64,000 nt of DNA from Candidatus Oxydemutatoraceae bacterium (GTDB lineage Bacteria; Pseudomonadota; Gammaproteobacteria; Poriferisulfidales; Oxydemutatoraceae). The notes beneath the pieces were generated by a model. That model saw only the letters and a program-made list of their open reading frames with translations, made no database searches and was not told where the DNA came from. This document shows, in pieces, positions 61,276 to 64,000 of the stretch. The position numbers and the translations under genes are program-made. Where the stretch lies: positions 1,184,001 to 1,248,000 of the forward strand of contig OZ244717.1 in NCBI GenBank assembly GCA_965218975.1, written 5' to 3'. Positions within the stretch are counted from its first letter, which is position 1. The number at the start of each line of letters is the position of its first letter.

Positions 61276-62841
61276 ATGGCATTGAATGATCCGGTTTCTG
61301 CAGAAAAAGCTTTAATTGTAGATTTTGGTTCGCAATATACACAATTGATCGCACGTCGAGTGCGTGAGTTGAATGTTTATAGCGAGATTCATGCATGGCA
61401 GGATATCAATCGATATTTTCTAAACAATTTTTATCCTCGTTGCATCATTCTATCCGGCGGTCCCGAGTCAATCCTTGATGCTGCATCGCCGATAGCGCAC
61501 CCGGATATTTTTGCTTTTGGGGCCCCCGTGCTCGGGATTTGTTACGGTATGCAATTGATGGCATCGCAGTTGGGCGGCGATGTTGAAAAGTCCTTGAAGC
61601 GAGAGTTTGGGCGTACCGAAGTGCGCTTACTCAAAACTTGCCGTCTGTTTCAAGGATTGGGGGAATGCTTGGATGTTTGGATGTCGCACGGAGATAGAGT
61701 AGTAGTAGCCCCCGCAGGTTTTGAATCTGTAGCAGTGAGCGCAAACTCGGATATCAGTGTGATGGCGAATGAGCAACGCCGGTTATATGGTCTGCAATTT
61801 CATCCCGAGGTTACTCATACCCCCCAAGGGATGAAGATATTACATAATTTTGTTGTTGAAATTGCTGCATGCGGGCAACAATGGAAATCCGATCGTATTG
61901 CCGATGCTATGGTTGCTCGGATTCGTGAGCAAGTGGGTGCGGATGAAGGAGTCGTGTTGGGATTATCAGGCGGGGTTGATTCGTCGGTAGTGGCGATGCT
62001 CCTTCATCGCGCATTGGGAGATCGCTTGCATTGCATATTTATTGATACCGGTTTGTTGAGATTAGGCGAAGCCGAGCAGATTGTCGATACTTTTCAGCGT
62101 CAATTCGGTATTGACTTGATATTTATTTCTGCAAGCGAGAGATTTTTTCGCGCACTGCGCGGTATTGACGATCCGGAAAAGAAGCGTCTTACGATTGGAA
62201 ATCTATTTGTGGAGATTTTTGAGGAGCAAGCGAAGCATTTGAACAATATTCAATGGTTGGCGCAAGGGACAATTTATCCCGATGTGATTGAGTCTGCATC
62301 GGTAACGATCGGTGGTGCGCAGTTGATTAAATCGCATCATAATGTCGGCGGATTACCCGAATGTATGTATCTGCAGCTGCTTGAACCGCTGACAAGTTTA
62401 TTCAAAGATGAAGTTCGTTGTCTGGGACGAGTTTTAGGATTATCCGAAGAATTGCTGTTGCGTCATCCATTTCCGGGCCCGGGACTTGCCGTACGCGTCT
62501 TGGGTGAAGTCAGACCAGCTTATGTCGCAATTCTGAAACAAGCCGATGACATTTTTATTGGAGAATTAAAACGTCAGGGATTTTACGATAGAGTCGGGCA
62601 AGCATTTGCCGTGTTTTTGCCGGTCAAGTCCGTCGGTGTGATGGGAGATGGCCGCAATTACAATTATATTGTGGTGTTGCGTGCAGTTGAGACGACCGAC
62701 TTTATGACGGCGGCTCGTGCACGTTTTCCCGATCAATTTCTTGACTTTGTGGCCGGTCGCATTATCAACGAAGTTGAAGGTGTGTCGCGTGTTTGTTATG
62801 ACATCAGTAGTAAACCACCGGCTACTATTGAGTGGGAATAG
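61276..62841 (+). CDS. guaA: GMP synthase
   Basis: DFGSQY, GICYGMQ, SGGVDS, IKSHHN, KPPATIEWE. Confidence 0.97.
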   Translation: MALNDPVSAEKALIVDFGSQYTQLIARRVRELNVYSEIHAWQDINRYFLNNFYPRCIILSGGPESILDAASPIAHPDIFAFGAPVLGICYGMQLMASQLGGDVEKSLKREFGRTEVRLLKTCRLFQGLGECLDVWMSHGDRVVVAPAGFESVAVSANSDISVMANEQRRLYGLQFHPEVTHTPQGMKILHNFVVEIAACGQQWKSDRIADAMVARIREQVGADEGVVLGLSGGVDSSVVAMLLHRALGDRLHCIFIDTGLLRLGEAEQIVDTFQRQFGIDLIFISASERFFRALRGIDDPEKKRLTIGNLFVEIFEEQAKHLNNIQWLAQGTIYPDVIESASVTIGGAQLIKSHHNVGGLPECMYLQLLEPLTSLFKDEVRCLGRVLGLSEELLLRHPFPGPGLAVRVLGEVRPAYVAILKQADDIFIGELKRQGFYDRVGQAFAVFLPVKSVGVMGDGRNYNYIVVLRAVETTDFMTAARARFPDQFLDFVAGRIINEVEGVSRVCYDISSKPPATIEWE

Positions 62842-62845
62842 AGGC

Positions 62846-63313
62846 ATGCCGAATAATGCTTTTTTCATGCATTGTGCGCTTGAACAGGCGCAGCGCGCAT
62901 TGTTTGCGGGGGAAGTTCCTGTCGGTGCGGTTGCGGTAAAGGATAGGATGATTATCGCACGCAATTACAACGCGCCGATTATGTACCATGACCCGACAGC
63001 CCATGCGGAAATTCGTGTTTTACGTGAGGCGGCGCAACGTTTGGGAAACTATCGCCTAAATGACATTGATTTATATGTGACGCTTGAGCCTTGTGCAATG
63101 TGTTACGGTGCAATGATTCATGCACGGATCGCACGGCTTTTTTTCGGTGCGAATGACCCTAAAAGCGGCGTGCTTTGTGGCGCTACGTCATTGGTTGACA
63201 TGCCAATGTTTAATCATCATATTCAAGTAGTCGGCGGCATTTTATCCGACGAATGCGCGGCTGTGCTAAAGAGTTTTTTTAGCGCCAAGCGCAAACTAGG
63301 TTTGGTTGGATAG
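62846..63313 (+). CDS. tadA: tRNA adenosine(34) deaminase
   Basis: EVPVGAV, DPTAHAE, TLEPCAMC. Confidence 0.93.
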   Translation: MPNNAFFMHCALEQAQRALFAGEVPVGAVAVKDRMIIARNYNAPIMYHDPTAHAEIRVLREAAQRLGNYRLNDIDLYVTLEPCAMCYGAMIHARIARLFFGANDPKSGVLCGATSLVDMPMFNHHIQVVGGILSDECAAVLKSFFSAKRKLGLVG

Positions 63314-63567
63314 ATGCAGGATAATACCGGCGTCAAACGGCAAGTTTGCTGTTGACCCGTAAGAACTACTTGCTAAATCTCATTTTTATATTACTAATGG
63401 TATATTTTACCACTTGCTTTTATATGAAGTCTTGTGTTTAATAGAATGCAAAACATTACCACTATACCTATTCTGCTATAGTCAGGACGAATTAATCTGC
63501 GCTCTTTGTGTTTGCGTCACGCGGATTAGGGAAAAAAGTTTACGATTACAAATGAACTAAATAATGA

Positions 63568-64000
63568 ATGAATACAATTCCTAAATTACTAGTGCATCAA
63601 GCGCAGGTGCATGCTGACGCAGTTGCCATTCGTTCAAAGCAATTGGGTATTTGGCGCGCATTTACCTGGCAGCAGGTATTGGCCGAGGTTGAAACAATTG
63701 CATGTGGCTTTGCCGATCTCGGCGTTAATAAAAGCGATGCAATTGCGATCATGGGTAGCAATAATCCGCATATTTTTAATTCAATCACTGCTTGCCAAGC
63801 GGTCGGTGCGATTCCAGTACCGATATACGGCAATTCGGTCGGTGAAGAATTGGCATATATGCTTAATATATCAGGTGCACAATTTGCGGTTGCGCAGGAT
63901 CAGCAACAAGTGGATGCGCTGCTGGCACTACCAGGGCATGCGCTGCAGCAGATTATCTATATTTCCCAGCGCGGTTTATCCGTTTATCCTCATTCAAATA
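63568..64000 (+). CDS. Long-chain acyl-CoA synthetase/AMP-binding protein (runs off the window)
   Basis: MNTIPKLL...KQLGIWRAFTW...GAIPVPIY...AQDQQQVD open to the window end. Confidence 0.75.
   Translation, partial: MNTIPKLLVHQAQVHADAVAIRSKQLGIWRAFTWQQVLAEVETIACGFADLGVNKSDAIAIMGSNNPHIFNSITACQAVGAIPVPIYGNSVGEELAYMLNISGAQFAVAQDQQQVDALLALPGHALQQIIYISQRGLSVYPHSN

Noticed and set aside
1-64000. tRNA, rRNA or riboswitch genes
   Set aside because: None recognised by eye; an Infernal/tRNAscan run is needed to exclude them.

Overview
64 kb of a gammaproteobacterial chromosome, judged from rpoH, dksA, the xseA/guaBA and rpsO-pnp synteny and an aa3 cox operon. Accessory blocks: (i) a methylated-amine/C1 island with N-methylglutamate dehydrogenase-like mgdABCD, fhs, folD, a porin, a NarXL-like pair, a GcvT/DmmD-like protein and a class I amidotransferase; (ii) an sNOR-type norS-norY-senC-orf1 cluster; (iii) an AlkB/XylM-type di-iron monooxygenase cluster with an atypical third His box, a ferredoxin, a GST and a reductase. 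About 10 kb (~16%) is eight intergenic mosaics of at least three IS481-family lineages plus MITEs, and no transposase is intact. The most unusual signal is a ~100-107 bp multi-hairpin element ('R'). I count 24 copies, all inside IS481 remnants, where R interrupts or replaces transposase coding segments, usually at a CCC(TG) end, and forms head-to-tail arrays. Calls come from reading motifs by eye; no database searches were run, and repeat boundaries are approximate to a few bp.
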